DNA of 64,000 nucleotides from a virus. Both the position numbers and the translations under genes were made by a program. This document shows positions 1 through 10,530 of the stretch, in pieces. The DNA lies in the IMG/VR virus record IMGVR_UViG_3300035698_009139; one strand, written 5' to 3'. Under the pieces are notes generated by a model. That model ran no database searches and was not told the origin of the DNA. It was given only the letters and a program-made list of their open reading frames with translations. Each line of letters opens with the position of its first letter. Positions within the stretch are counted from its first letter, which is position 1.

Positions 1-21
1 TACAAAAAATATGGAGAGAAA

Positions 22-873
22 ATGAACGTCGAGATTAATCTAAAAGATCTACAGAAGTGCAAGATTTTCGTAGCTACGCCAATGTACGGCGGTCAGTGTG
101 GGGGTCAGTATACCAAGTCGTCAACTGATCTTGCAATGATGGCGGTCAAGTACGGCATCGACCTCCGGTTCTTCTATCTGTTTAACGAGAGCTTGATCAC
201 TCGAGCTCGTAATTATCTGGCTGATGAATTCCTTCGCAGCGACTGCACTCATTTGATGTTCATTGATAGTGATATTGGATTTGATCCTCAGGATGTGCTG
301 GCTATTGCAGCCATCGCAGAAGAGGGTTCTGACAAGCACATTGTATGCGGCCCATACCCTAAGAAAACAATCGCTTGGGAAAAGATCAAGATGGCCGTCG
401 ACAAGGGGTATGCGGACGAGAACCCCCAGAACCTGGAACGGTTTGTCGGCGACTATGTATTCAACCCAGTCGCCGGGGTATCAGAGATTCGCGTCGATGA
501 GCCAGTTGAAGTACTGGAAGGTGGAACAGGATTTATGATGATTCAGCGTTCTGTTTTCGAGGCTTTTGATGTAAAGTATCCTGAGTTGAGTTACAAACCT
601 GATCATGTACGAACGGCCAACTTTGATGGATCGCGAGAGATCATGGCCTACTTCGATACGGTGATTGATCCAGCATCCAAGAGATATCTCAGCGAAGACT
701 ACATGTTCTGCCAGTGGGCGATTGCTGCAGGCTTGAAAGTATGGTTGTGCCCTTGGATGCGTCTTACACATATGGGTTCATATATGTTTGGCGGTAGTCT
801 GGTTGATTTGGCTCAGATAGGTGCTTCGGCCACAGCTGATATGAAGCAAGTAGATAAGATGAAAAAGAAATAG
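22..873 (+). CDS. GT-A fold glycosyltransferase-like protein
   Basis: IFVATPMYGG, ESLITRARN, HLMFIDSD (DxD), GTGFMMI, SEDYMFC motifs; GGAGAG RBS. Confidence 0.7.
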   Translation: MNVEINLKDLQKCKIFVATPMYGGQCGGQYTKSSTDLAMMAVKYGIDLRFFYLFNESLITRARNYLADEFLRSDCTHLMFIDSDIGFDPQDVLAIAAIAEEGSDKHIVCGPYPKKTIAWEKIKMAVDKGYADENPQNLERFVGDYVFNPVAGVSEIRVDEPVEVLEGGTGFMMIQRSVFEAFDVKYPELSYKPDHVRTANFDGSREIMAYFDTVIDPASKRYLSEDYMFCQWAIAAGLKVWLCPWMRLTHMGSYMFGGSLVDLAQIGASATADMKQVDKMKKK

Positions 874-880
874 GTGAAAC

Positions 881-1534
881 TTGAAATTTTGTGATGACAC
901 GATTGCGATTCTGAAAAACATAGTAACGATTACTCCCAGCATCTGGTTCGATGAAGGGAATATCGTTACCGTCGGTAACGCAACTGAGACCATTTTAGTG
1001 TCGGCAAATATTGCCGAGAGTTTCGATCAGAGTTTTGGTATTGGGGAGCTGACTATGTTCCTCAATACCCTACTACTATTCGATGAAGCTGATATAGAGC
1101 TCAAAGACAACCACGCAATCATATCAGAAGGCGGCAAGAAGTTGAAGTACTTCTATGCGTCTAAATCCCAACTGAATCTCCCAAGAATCAAAACACTAGA
1201 TATCGACGATTCTGCTATGAAGTTCAGCTTATCTGCTGATATGCTTGCTTCGATCAATAGAGCCGCGGGCACTCTACAATTACCCAATGTTACCTTCATT
1301 GGCGACGGTACAGAGGTTAAGGCCAAAATCACCAACGTTAATGATCAAACGTCTAACACGTTTGATCTGGTGGTGGGGGCTGGAGGCTCGCCGTGCGAGA
1401 TTGTGTTCACGATCGACAACTTCAAAATGATCAACACGGACTATGATGTGAATGTGTCTAGTTCCGGTTTCGCTGAATTCAAATCAACAGATAATACAAT
1501 CACGTATTGGCTGGCTGCTGAGGAAATTAAATAA
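881..1534 (+). CDS. gp45: DNA polymerase sliding clamp
   Basis: 217 aa, TIAILKN...SI N-terminus, YWLAAE C-terminus, directly upstream of the clamp loader; TTG start. Confidence 0.85.
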   Translation: MKFCDDTIAILKNIVTITPSIWFDEGNIVTVGNATETILVSANIAESFDQSFGIGELTMFLNTLLLFDEADIELKDNHAIISEGGKKLKYFYASKSQLNLPRIKTLDIDDSAMKFSLSADMLASINRAAGTLQLPNVTFIGDGTEVKAKITNVNDQTSNTFDLVVGAGGSPCEIVFTIDNFKMINTDYDVNVSSSGFAEFKSTDNTITYWLAAEEIK

Positions 1535-2484
1535 TGACTGAGAAAGTGTTGTGGGTCGAGAAGTATCGACCGGCCACGATCGATGAGTGTGTGCTTCCTG
1601 CGAACATCAAGAAGATGTTCAATCAGTTTGTCACAAAAGGCGAATCTCCCAACCTTCTGCTGAGTGGCGGCCCGGGCGTAGGTAAGACGACGATTGCGAA
1701 AGCTATGTTGGAGCAGATGGGATGCACTTATATGGTTATCAATGCTTCAATGTATGGTAACATCGATGTGCTGCGTACGGATATCAAACGATTCGCCACG
1801 ACGATGTCATTGACTGGCGGCCGCAAGTATGTGATTCTAGATGAGGCAGACTATCTCAACCCTCAATCAACGCAGCCAGCACTTCGAAACTTCATCGAAG
1901 AGTTCTCGGATAACTGTGGCTTCATTCTGACGTGCAACTATCCGGCGAAGATTCTGAAAGAGCTGCGATCACGTTGCACTGAGGTGGAGTTCAAAGTAGG
2001 CGGCCCAGATAAGATGAAGCTGGCCAAGGAGTTCTTTGAAACCGTCAAAAACATCCTAGCTGCAGAACACGTCGAATATGATCCCAAGGTAGTATCCGCG
2101 CTAATCGTGCGTTACTTCCCTGATTTCCGACGTGTTCTCAATGAGTTACAAGGCTACTCTGCGGTAGGATTGATAGATACCGGTATCCTTACACAAGTCG
2201 ACGATATTGCATTCGAGCAGCTAATTACCCATCTACACAAGCGCGACTTTGACGGGATGCGCAAATGGGTTGCCGGAAATGCAGCTGGTGATAGTACGGA
2301 GCTATTTCGCCGACTATTTGATACAGCAGTCAAATACGTCGAGCCGACAGCTATTCCTCAGTTGGTGGTTACGATCGGCGAGTATCAGTATAAGGCTGCA
2401 TTCGTAGCAGATTTGGAGATCAATACAGTGGCCTGTATGACTGAATTGATGAGCGATGTGGCCTTCAAGAAGGTGGGAGCATGA
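1534..2484 (+). CDS. gp44: clamp loader AAA+ subunit
   Basis: LWVEKYRP, GPGVGKTT, ILDEAD, LRSRC, FPDFRR. Confidence 0.95.
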   Translation: MTEKVLWVEKYRPATIDECVLPANIKKMFNQFVTKGESPNLLLSGGPGVGKTTIAKAMLEQMGCTYMVINASMYGNIDVLRTDIKRFATTMSLTGGRKYVILDEADYLNPQSTQPALRNFIEEFSDNCGFILTCNYPAKILKELRSRCTEVEFKVGGPDKMKLAKEFFETVKNILAAEHVEYDPKVVSALIVRYFPDFRRVLNELQGYSAVGLIDTGILTQVDDIAFEQLITHLHKRDFDGMRKWVAGNAAGDSTELFRRLFDTAVKYVEPTAIPQLVVTIGEYQYKAAFVADLEINTVACMTELMSDVAFKKVGA

Positions 2485-2741
2485 GCGATAGAGGGGAAGA
2501 CGTAGATATGCTTCAGTGTGAATTTGACAATGCCAACCGTATCATTGACCAAATGGAGAATGAAATTCTTCGGCTGGAGGAAGAGGTCAATCTGCTGTGG
2601 CAGATCAAGCACGCTGCGGCCGACTTATATTTCGCAGGAACATGGCATCGATCGGCCGGACAACCCGGTCCTACAGATAAAGAATATTGGCAGAAACTAA
2701 AAGACTTAACAGGATGGAGTGTGACTAATGGCCGAACATAA
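2481..2741 (+). CDS. hypothetical coiled-coil protein
   Basis: ATGA overlap with gp44. Confidence 0.55.
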   Translation: MSDRGEDVDMLQCEFDNANRIIDQMENEILRLEEEVNLLWQIKHAAADLYFAGTWHRSAGQPGPTDKEYWQKLKDLTGWSVTNGRT

Positions 2742-2916
2742 ATTTGAAGTAATCCTTCACTTAGAGGATGCAGCCACTAAAGAAGGTAAAGTGATCCAGA
2801 TCAATGCAGACAGGATTTTTGAAACCGCTGGCGATATAGTCTTTTACGCAAACAACAGACAGATTGCTAATGTGTCATGTGGTAGCTGGGTTATGTGGAG
2901 ATTGGTGGATGTCTGA
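2728..2916 (+). CDS. hypothetical protein
   Basis: GGAG RBS, tight packing. Confidence 0.5.
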   Translation: MAEHKFEVILHLEDAATKEGKVIQINADRIFETAGDIVFYANNRQIANVSCGSWVMWRLVDV

Positions 2917-2918
2917 TC

Positions 2919-3314
2919 GTGATTAAGCCCTTTGACTTCGTCTCACAGATCAATGGTGCCAAGAAAAACCTGATAGTAGAATCAGATGATCCTGCACAGG
3001 CCGAAAAGGACTATGTCCCGTATCTAACCAACAGAGCATTATCATACTTCGCAGACGCAATATTCCAGGCGAATAACATGAATATGTATCCGGATTTAGA
3101 TAACCGCTTGCAGTTTGATTTTTTGCTAAATAGTGTAAGACGTCGTAAGCGATTTGCAAAATGGGTTAAGCCAGAGCCAATTGAAGATATAGAAGTAGTC
3201 CAACAATACTACCAATATAGCACTAAACAGGCCCGCCAAGTAATGCACTTGTTTACAGACGAACATATGTCGTCAATGAAACAAGAATTACAAACTGGTG
3301 GAGTGAATGGTTGA
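2919..3314 (+). CDS. gp62: clamp loader subunit
   Basis: YVPYLTNRALSYF, QFDFLLNSVRRRKRFAKW; synteny with gp44 and regA; GTG start chosen. Confidence 0.9.
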   Translation: MIKPFDFVSQINGAKKNLIVESDDPAQAEKDYVPYLTNRALSYFADAIFQANNMNMYPDLDNRLQFDFLLNSVRRRKRFAKWVKPEPIEDIEVVQQYYQYSTKQARQVMHLFTDEHMSSMKQELQTGGVNG

Positions 3315-3714
3315 GCAAAGTGAAGTAATTGCAGATATGGTTTGGGTGACCATTAGTCATCCAGATGATTTTCTGAAAATTAAAGAGACGTTAACACGTA
3401 TTGGTATCGCCAGCAAACAAGATAAGACTCTGTATCAGTCCTGCCATATTCTACACAAGCAGGGCCGTTATGCGATTGTGCATTTCAAAGAGCTATTTGC
3501 ATTAGACGGAAAGCCAACAAATTTCAGCGACATGGATGCCGCCCGGAGAAACACAATTGCTAATCTGTTAGCAGAGTGGGGCCTAGTTGAATTGGAAGAG
3601 CCAGATAAATCTGCCGACCCAGTGGCCCCCATGTCACAAATCAAAATTCTTCCATTTGGGGAGAAGGTGCACTGGACGCTGGTGCCCAAATACAATATCG
3701 GAGTAAAATCATAA
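3307..3714 (+). CDS. regA: translational repressor RegA
   Basis: PDDFLKIKETLTRIGIAS, LYQSCHILHKQGRYAIVHFKELF, WTLVPKYNIG. Confidence 0.97.
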   Translation: MVEQSEVIADMVWVTISHPDDFLKIKETLTRIGIASKQDKTLYQSCHILHKQGRYAIVHFKELFALDGKPTNFSDMDAARRNTIANLLAEWGLVELEEPDKSADPVAPMSQIKILPFGEKVHWTLVPKYNIGVKS

Positions 3715-3911
3715 TGTCTACAAACGACATCCCAACGCCAAATTATATGTATATGTACGGGCAGAATATGTTCCCAGAAGAATCAGCCAAAGGCTGGATC
3801 TGCCCCAAGTGTAATAAATCACTAGCACCATCTGTCACAGAATGTCCATGCAATAAGGCAGAGATGTACAACGGACAAAACCCAACGACCGTCACCCTCT
3901 TAACCGAATAG
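3714..3911 (+). CDS. small Zn-finger protein
   Basis: GWICPKC...ECPC. Confidence 0.55.
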   Translation: MSTNDIPTPNYMYMYGQNMFPEESAKGWICPKCNKSLAPSVTECPCNKAEMYNGQNPTTVTLLTE

Positions 3912-3919
3912 GATATACT

Positions 3920-4234
3920 ATGAGCAACGAGATTATGATTAAAATGATTAACGGCGAAGAACTGATCGCCCAGCGAAAAACGGAAACCGATAGCACGATC
4001 GTCGTATCGCTGCCGGTATCAGTACAGCCTCAAATGGACCCAAATGGCCAAGTAGGTATTGCAATGGCGCCTTGGGTGCCGTTTGCAAAAGACGACAAGA
4101 ATGTTGAGATCAACAAAGATCTTGTGCTGACGGTATATACGCCAGTGGAAGAAATGATCAATCAATACAACACACGCTTCGGCAGCGGGCTAGTTCTGGC
4201 CGCGAACATGCCGAAAGAACTGCTAACTGAGTAG
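3920..4234 (+). CDS. conserved T4-like hypothetical protein (Sm-like)
   Basis: IKMINGEELIA, APWVPF, YNTRFGSGL; typical position before gp43. Confidence 0.7.
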   Translation: MSNEIMIKMINGEELIAQRKTETDSTIVVSLPVSVQPQMDPNGQVGIAMAPWVPFAKDDKNVEINKDLVLTVYTPVEEMINQYNTRFGSGLVLAANMPKELLTE

Positions 4235-4263
4235 TTGAACTCATCTACAAACCGTAGTATAAT
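4235..4263 (+). promoter_or_regulatory. sigma70-type early promoter for gp43
   Basis: gTTGAAC-N17-TATAAT. Confidence 0.65.
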
Positions 4264-4289
4264 ACCCAACTAACTAAGATAAGGGTAAT

Positions 4290-6869
4290 ATGGCTGAGTT
4301 TTATACATCAGTTGAGCAGCAAGGTAACTACATACTACATCGTGGGTATAACGACAATGGCCGCCCCATCCAGGAACGGTTGTTGTACGAACCCACGTTG
4401 TATATGCCTAGCAACAGCGATCACGCTGGAGAGTTCAAAACACTATACGGGCAACTTGTTGAACCAGTACGGCCTGGTAATATGTGGGAATGCCGAGAGT
4501 TCGTTCAGAAGTATGATGGCGTAGCTGGCTTTCAGATATATGGCAACAGCATGTGGACGGATGCTTATATAGCTGAACGATTCGATAGTGACATTACGTT
4601 CGACACATCGATCCTAAACATTACAGATATTGATATTGAGGTGTTGTCTGATGAGGGATTTCCTACGCCGGACAAGGCTGCATACCCAGTAACTGCGATC
4701 ACCGTCCATAACAATCAAGACGACATCTTTTATGCTTGGGGGCTGGATGCGTATGACCCCACCAAGTCCATCATTGAAGACATCACAATTGAATATGTCC
4801 AGTGTAAAGATGAAGCACAGTTGTTGGTCAAATTTCTCAATTGGTGGATAGAGAACTACCCAGACATCGTTACGGGTTGGAATAGCAAGCTATTCGATAT
4901 GACGTATCTGATCAACAGAATCGCCACCATTCTCGGAGAAGATCGAGCTTGGATGATTTCACCTTGGGGTAAGCAGTATAAGGGAAAAGCATTGCCGCGA
5001 CGTGATGTTACGTTTGGGCAATCTGTTCATATGTGTTACAACATCCTCGGCATCCAGCAATTGGATTACATGGACTTGTTCAAAAAGTTCGGCTACGCGT
5101 ATGGTACGCTAGAGTCGTACAAACTGGACCACGTCGCCTTTATCGTATTGGGTGATCGCAAACTGGACTACAGTGAGTACGGATCTCTGAACAGTCTGTA
5201 CCGTGAGAACCACCAACTATTCATCGACTACAACATCAAAGACACGCAGCTTATCACTCGCTTGGAAGACAAGATGGGGCTGATCGATTTGGCGCTGACA
5301 ATTGCATATAAGGCCAAGGTCAACCCATCAGCATGCTTTGGGCCGGTGGCTGTATGGGATTCGCTAATCCATCATACGTTGCTAACTGAGAACATCGTCG
5401 TACCTCCTAAGAAGGACAACTTCCGTTCAAGTGGAATCGACGGCGCTTACGTTAAGTCGCCGATACCAGGAATGTACAGCTGGGTAACGTCGTATGATTT
5501 GGATGGCCTATACCCTCATATCATTATGCAATACAACATGTCGCCTGAAACTATCGTGCAAGAAACAACGCAGGGCGTTACAGTAGATCAATTATTGGAT
5601 CGAATGGAACTAGACATTCCAGAGAACCGCACGATGACCGCAACAGGCCAGCATTTCAATATCGGCTTCAAAGGTATTATGCCACGAATGGTCGAGCAGC
5701 TTTATGGTGAACGCAAAGTAATCAAACAAGCTATGCTTGCGTATGAGCAGGAGAAGGAAAACTGCGACACATCTGATAAGAAGAATGTCACACGGCTGGA
5801 GAAAGCGATCAATCGTTGTGATAATCAGCAGCAGGCAATTAAGATTCTGATGAACTCGTTGTATGGCGCAATGTCCAACCAGTACTTCAGATACTTTGAT
5901 ATCCGTATTGCTGAGTCGATCACAGTTACAGGCCAGCTAACAATTCGGTGGGCCGAACAGGCCATCAATGAGAAGATGAATAAGTGGCTGCAGACAGACG
6001 GCGTCGATTACGTGATTGCAATGGATACGGATAGCCTGTACTTGAACTTTGAGCCTATGCTGGATAAAGTCGAAGGGCTTGATCGGTCCAACACACAGGC
6101 AGTGGTTGACTTCATTGACAATTGTTCCAACACGATCTTCGCTCCGTTGCTTAGCGGTATATATGATGACTTGAAACAGTATTTGAACGCGGCGGAACAG
6201 AAGATGCGGATGTCTCGTGAGGTGATTGCCGACAAGGGCATATGGACGGGCAAGAAGCATTACATTCTCAATGTGTGGGACAATGAGGGTGTGCGATACG
6301 ATACGCCTAAGATGAAGATCAAAGGGATCGAGGCTGTTCGAAGTTCCACCCCAGCAGTGTGCCGTGAGAAGATTAAGCAGGCGTTCAATATCATCATCAA
6401 CGAGGATGAGGCCGCTATCCAGAAGTTCGTCAAAGACTTCCGCGCAGAATTCTATGCGATGCCGGTTGAGGATATTGCATTCCCTCGCACGTCAAATAAT
6501 ATGGCAAAGTACTCAGATTTCAATAAGATCTATGGGCCTAAAACGCCAGTTGCCGTCCGTGGCGCTTTGCTGTATAATCATTACATTGCAGAGATGAAAC
6601 TAGACACTAAGTATGAAAATATACATTCTGGTGATAAGGTCAAGTTTGTGTATTTGAAAGAACCCAACAAATTTAGAGAGAACGTAATATCGTTTCCTCG
6701 TGTGCTGCCAAAAGAATTTGATGGGATTGAGATTGATAGAGAGCTTCAGTTCCAGAAATCATTCTTACAACCATTGGGCAGTATCCTAGATGCCATCAGT
6801 TGGGCGGCCGTCCGGAGAGGGTCACTAAAGGCATTGATAAGTCAACGATTGGAGAACGAAGATGGTTAA
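4290..6869 (+). CDS. gp43: family B DNA polymerase
   Basis: Exo DIE, DLDGLYPHII, KILMNSLYG, MDTDS, KGIEAVRSSTP; no intein visible. Confidence 0.97.
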   Translation: MAEFYTSVEQQGNYILHRGYNDNGRPIQERLLYEPTLYMPSNSDHAGEFKTLYGQLVEPVRPGNMWECREFVQKYDGVAGFQIYGNSMWTDAYIAERFDSDITFDTSILNITDIDIEVLSDEGFPTPDKAAYPVTAITVHNNQDDIFYAWGLDAYDPTKSIIEDITIEYVQCKDEAQLLVKFLNWWIENYPDIVTGWNSKLFDMTYLINRIATILGEDRAWMISPWGKQYKGKALPRRDVTFGQSVHMCYNILGIQQLDYMDLFKKFGYAYGTLESYKLDHVAFIVLGDRKLDYSEYGSLNSLYRENHQLFIDYNIKDTQLITRLEDKMGLIDLALTIAYKAKVNPSACFGPVAVWDSLIHHTLLTENIVVPPKKDNFRSSGIDGAYVKSPIPGMYSWVTSYDLDGLYPHIIMQYNMSPETIVQETTQGVTVDQLLDRMELDIPENRTMTATGQHFNIGFKGIMPRMVEQLYGERKVIKQAMLAYEQEKENCDTSDKKNVTRLEKAINRCDNQQQAIKILMNSLYGAMSNQYFRYFDIRIAESITVTGQLTIRWAEQAINEKMNKWLQTDGVDYVIAMDTDSLYLNFEPMLDKVEGLDRSNTQAVVDFIDNCSNTIFAPLLSGIYDDLKQYLNAAEQKMRMSREVIADKGIWTGKKHYILNVWDNEGVRYDTPKMKIKGIEAVRSSTPAVCREKIKQAFNIIINEDEAAIQKFVKDFRAEFYAMPVEDIAFPRTSNNMAKYSDFNKIYGPKTPVAVRGALLYNHYIAEMKLDTKYENIHSGDKVKFVYLKEPNKFRENVISFPRVLPKEFDGIEIDRELQFQKSFLQPLGSILDAISWAAVRRGSLKALISQRLENEDG

Positions 6870-7188
6870 CACACGAAAGAAGAACCCATCAGCTGAGGAC
6901 ATCAAAATTCTCGATGATTATGCCGCAATGGAAGATTTCGGGTTCACATCAGATAACGGCCAAGAAGATGATCTACTAGAAGAGGTTTCTAGTCTGTGCG
7001 ACACAATTGATGCTTTGCGGAGTGAATGCCAGGACGCTAGAAACCGTCTAGAACAAGTGGAGAAATTGATTATGCCTCTCTTGGCTAATCTGCTAAAGAC
7101 TGCAGACCAAGAGATTATTAAATGGCCTAACAGAGGTCCGCAGCTCGAAAAGAAAATCGACCAACTACTAAAATTAACAAGACCGTAA
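6862..7188 (+). CDS. conserved hypothetical protein
   Basis: DFGFT and IMPLLANL...IKWPNR motifs; lies between gp43 and uvsX. Confidence 0.7.
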   Translation: MVNTRKKNPSAEDIKILDDYAAMEDFGFTSDNGQEDDLLEEVSSLCDTIDALRSECQDARNRLEQVEKLIMPLLANLLKTADQEIIKWPNRGPQLEKKIDQLLKLTRP

Positions 7189-7197
7189 GGAGATACA

Positions 7198-8289
7198 GTG
7201 AGCAAATCAACCAATATGTTTACCGACATGGTGAAAAAGATGGGCGCAGATGTCCACTTTGCATCAGAAGAATTACATAGTGCCCAATACAGCGGTACTA
7301 TGGACACTGGTAGTTACGTGTTAAACGCAGCCACCTCTGGATCTATCTTTGGTGGCATTCCCACTAATAAGGTGGTGCAGTATGCTGGCCCGTCTACTAC
7401 TGGTAAGACGTTCTTTGCGCTGGGAATTGTTACTTCATTCCAGAAAGCAAACCCAGAAGGCGTAGTAATATACTTTGACACAGAAGCGGCCGTAACCAGA
7501 CAGATGATGTCTGATAGAGGCATTGATCCGTCGCGGGTAGTAGTGATCGAACCGGAAACCATTCAAGATTTCCGGATGAGAGCTTTGCAGGCTATCAAGA
7601 TGTATTCAGAAACACCAGTCGAGAAACGTCTGCCAATGATGTTCGTGCTGGATAGCTTGGGCCAGCTATCTTCTATCAAAGAAATGGAAGATTCTGAGTC
7701 AGGTAGCAACACGAGGGATATGACCAAGCAGCAGCTAATTCGTGGTGCATTCAGAACAATTCGTTTGCGTCTGGCTAAGATCGACTGCCCGATGATTATG
7801 ACGAACCACACGTACGAAGTGATCGGCGCGTTTCGGCCCACCCAAACAGCTTCAGGTGGTGGCGGGCCCAAGTTCACGTCGGACATCGTTCAAATGCTGA
7901 GTAAGGCAAAGGATAGAAAAAGCTCAGTCGACCACACAGTCATTGGCAACATCATTACTGTCCGCAATGAGAAAAACCGTATAGCTAAAGAAAATACAGC
8001 CGTCCGAGTTAAGCTGTCGTATGACACGGGCTTAGATCGACACTTCGGATTATTAGATTTGGCACTAGTTGGCGGCCTCGTTAAGAAGACGCCCTCAGGT
8101 AAAAAGTATATTATGCCTAACGGCAAAGAGTACTTTGAAAGCGCAGTATACAAGGACCCTACCAAGCATTTCACCGATGAATTTCTCCAACAGATTGATG
8201 AAGTCGCCCAAAGCATATTTAGCTATGGCGATGACAGTGAGGAATCGGCAGTTGATCTAGACGCCGTTTTGGAGGAAGCTGATGGATAA
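7198..8289 (+). CDS. uvsX: RecA-like recombinase
   Basis: DTGSYVLNA, GPSTTGKTFF, FDTE, LDSLG, TNHTY. Confidence 0.95.
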   Translation: MSKSTNMFTDMVKKMGADVHFASEELHSAQYSGTMDTGSYVLNAATSGSIFGGIPTNKVVQYAGPSTTGKTFFALGIVTSFQKANPEGVVIYFDTEAAVTRQMMSDRGIDPSRVVVIEPETIQDFRMRALQAIKMYSETPVEKRLPMMFVLDSLGQLSSIKEMEDSESGSNTRDMTKQQLIRGAFRTIRLRLAKIDCPMIMTNHTYEVIGAFRPTQTASGGGGPKFTSDIVQMLSKAKDRKSSVDHTVIGNIITVRNEKNRIAKENTAVRVKLSYDTGLDRHFGLLDLALVGGLVKKTPSGKKYIMPNGKEYFESAVYKDPTKHFTDEFLQQIDEVAQSIFSYGDDSEESAVDLDAVLEEADG

Positions 8290-8632
8290 TTCAATTGCGG
8301 AACGAAAGCAGATGTATACTGTTCTGCACAATAATTATAAAGGTGAGGCACTAGCTCGTATCAGGATCGATGAAGGCGCATTCGCGGGGTTGGTGTACCA
8401 TTACAACACCGTTAGCGTCGGCGATACTGAACATGTTAGAGAGGGTACAGATGTCGTCAAATTTTCGTTTGATTATGACGTAGACGAATACCCCGAAAAT
8501 TACCACGAGTTGGATGAATATGAATTGATTGACCTGGAGACGCTGCTCGGCGACATTCTGGTAGCAATCATTCTTGAGAAGGAACAGAATGTCAGTAGAG
8601 CAATTAATAATAACGAATCTGATAACGAATGA
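8282..8632 (+). CDS. gp40: head vertex assembly chaperone-like protein
   Basis: Acidic 116-aa protein in the conserved uvsX-gp40-gp41 position; GDILVAII C-terminus. Confidence 0.6.
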   Translation: MDNSIAERKQMYTVLHNNYKGEALARIRIDEGAFAGLVYHYNTVSVGDTEHVREGTDVVKFSFDYDVDEYPENYHELDEYELIDLETLLGDILVAIILEKEQNVSRAINNNESDNE

Positions 8633-9995
8633 AGAATACAACCGCAAAGTAATCCCGTTCATCGATCCGCTGTACTTTGAAGGCGAAGGATCGAAAATTG
8701 TGTTTGGTAAGATCGTCGAACACATGACCAAATACAACACGCTACCAACACTTGAATCTCTAGTAATCGACTTGGATAACGATGACACGGTTTCTGAGGG
8801 ATCGTTTGAGTTTGCCACCCAAGTGTTGTCAGAAGTATCATCGGATAACCTATCTGACTTGGATTGGATGGTTGATACAACCGAGACTTTTTGCAAAGAT
8901 CGGGCACTATACAACGCCATTAAAGAGTCCATATCTATTATTGACGGTGGCGACAAAGAAGAACGCTCCACCAACGTACTGCCTGATCTGCTATCTGATG
9001 CGCTAGGCGTATCATTCGATCAAGCAATTGGCCACGACTTCCTAGAGGACTGGGAAAACCGATTCGATCTATACCACGAAGCAGTTGACCACATTCCTTT
9101 CGATATCGAAATGTTGAACACAATCACAAAGGGTGGGGTAGTTCGCAAGACGTTGAATGTGTTGATGGCTGGTGTTGGTGTAGGTAAGACATTATCGATG
9201 TGTCATATGGCGGCCGCGAATCTAACGCTCGGCAAGAACGTCTTATACATCACGATGGAGATGTCACAAGAGCGCATTGGCGAGCGCATCGATGCCAATC
9301 TAATGGACATCGATCTCGACGATTTACAAGACATGTCGCGAGAAACATATGAACGCCGGGTAAGTAAGATCCAGAGCAACACATCTGGCAAGCTGATCAT
9401 CAAAGAATACCCAACAGCCGCCGCTGGTGCCGCGCACTTTAGACATCTGTTGAATGAGCTGAAGCTAAAGAAGAAGTTCGTACCAGATATCATCTACATT
9501 GATTATTTGAACATATGCACTTCCACCCGGTTGAACAAGGCCGCGGCATCTGACAGTTACACATACATCAAGCATGTGGCAGAAGAACTTAGAGGCCTAG
9601 CAGTTGAACGCAACGTAGCAATTATTACAGCTACCCAGCTGAATCGATCAGGGTTCACAGATAGTGATCCTGGTATGGAGAGTACTGCAGAAAGCTTCGG
9701 GTTACCAGCGACGGCCGACTTGATGATTGTGCTGGTCAGTACAGAGGAGTTATTGAAATTGCAACAGATCATGTTTAAGCAATTGAAGAATCGCTACCGA
9801 GATGAGAGTCGAGACCAGCGATTTGTGGTCGGCTGCGATAAGAGTCGAATGAAGCTGCATGACGTGGAGCAGGCCGCCCAAAATCTGCAGATGGATGTGC
9901 CGGTGATGGATAACACAGCTTTCGGCGAAGAGATGGAAAATCGACAAATCGCATTAAACAGCAAAACTCGCAAGCGCCTTGGTGATATGAAATGA
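8589..9995 (+). CDS. gp41: replicative DnaB-like helicase
   Basis: AGVGVGKT, YITMEM, IIKEYPT, IDYLNIC, TATQLNR, ESFGLPATAD, KQLKNRY. Confidence 0.97.
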   Translation: MSVEQLIITNLITNEEYNRKVIPFIDPLYFEGEGSKIVFGKIVEHMTKYNTLPTLESLVIDLDNDDTVSEGSFEFATQVLSEVSSDNLSDLDWMVDTTETFCKDRALYNAIKESISIIDGGDKEERSTNVLPDLLSDALGVSFDQAIGHDFLEDWENRFDLYHEAVDHIPFDIEMLNTITKGGVVRKTLNVLMAGVGVGKTLSMCHMAAANLTLGKNVLYITMEMSQERIGERIDANLMDIDLDDLQDMSRETYERRVSKIQSNTSGKLIIKEYPTAAAGAAHFRHLLNELKLKKKFVPDIIYIDYLNICTSTRLNKAAASDSYTYIKHVAEELRGLAVERNVAIITATQLNRSGFTDSDPGMESTAESFGLPATADLMIVLVSTEELLKLQQIMFKQLKNRYRDESRDQRFVVGCDKSRMKLHDVEQAAQNLQMDVPVMDNTAFGEEMENRQIALNSKTRKRLGDMK

Positions 9996-10507
9996 ACATA
10001 GAGATCAGCCGTAAGAGTCGAAAGCGTGGAGAGGTATCCCGTCCCAGCATCCCAGAGATTAGGACTGCTGCCACTCTCTACGGCCGCATCTTGTTTGGAT
10101 ATCGAAAATGGCACGAGGATATAAGTGTGCTTATCACATTGAAGGCGGACCCTACTGATGGAGATTATGGCAGCACTGCTTGGCAAGACCGCAACTATCG
10201 ACCACGAGAATTTCACATATCAATCAACACCGAATTGATCACAAGGAGAGAGGTTTTTAGAACACTAGCACACGAATTCATTCACGTTAACCAATTTGCT
10301 ACTGGCCAAATACAAGATATGGTTAGGAGCAACACAACGAAGTGGGAAGGCAAAAGCTACCACACTTCTGATTGGGACCACAATGAGCATCTGATGGCAC
10401 CGTGGGAAATTGATGCCCGCGGCCGCGAGGAAATATTGTTTTATAATATGGCAGATGCTGCAGGGTGGTTGGACCGCGATTGGGTATTCGATGGAGTGCA
10501 TAAATAA
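9992..10507 (+). CDS. putative zinc metallopeptidase
   Basis: TLAHEFIHVNQ (HExxH) and PWEIDA. Confidence 0.7.
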   Translation: MNIEISRKSRKRGEVSRPSIPEIRTAATLYGRILFGYRKWHEDISVLITLKADPTDGDYGSTAWQDRNYRPREFHISINTELITRREVFRTLAHEFIHVNQFATGQIQDMVRSNTTKWEGKSYHTSDWDHNEHLMAPWEIDARGREEILFYNMADAAGWLDRDWVFDGVHK

Positions 10508-10530
10508 AAGAATAAACAGGAGGAGATAAA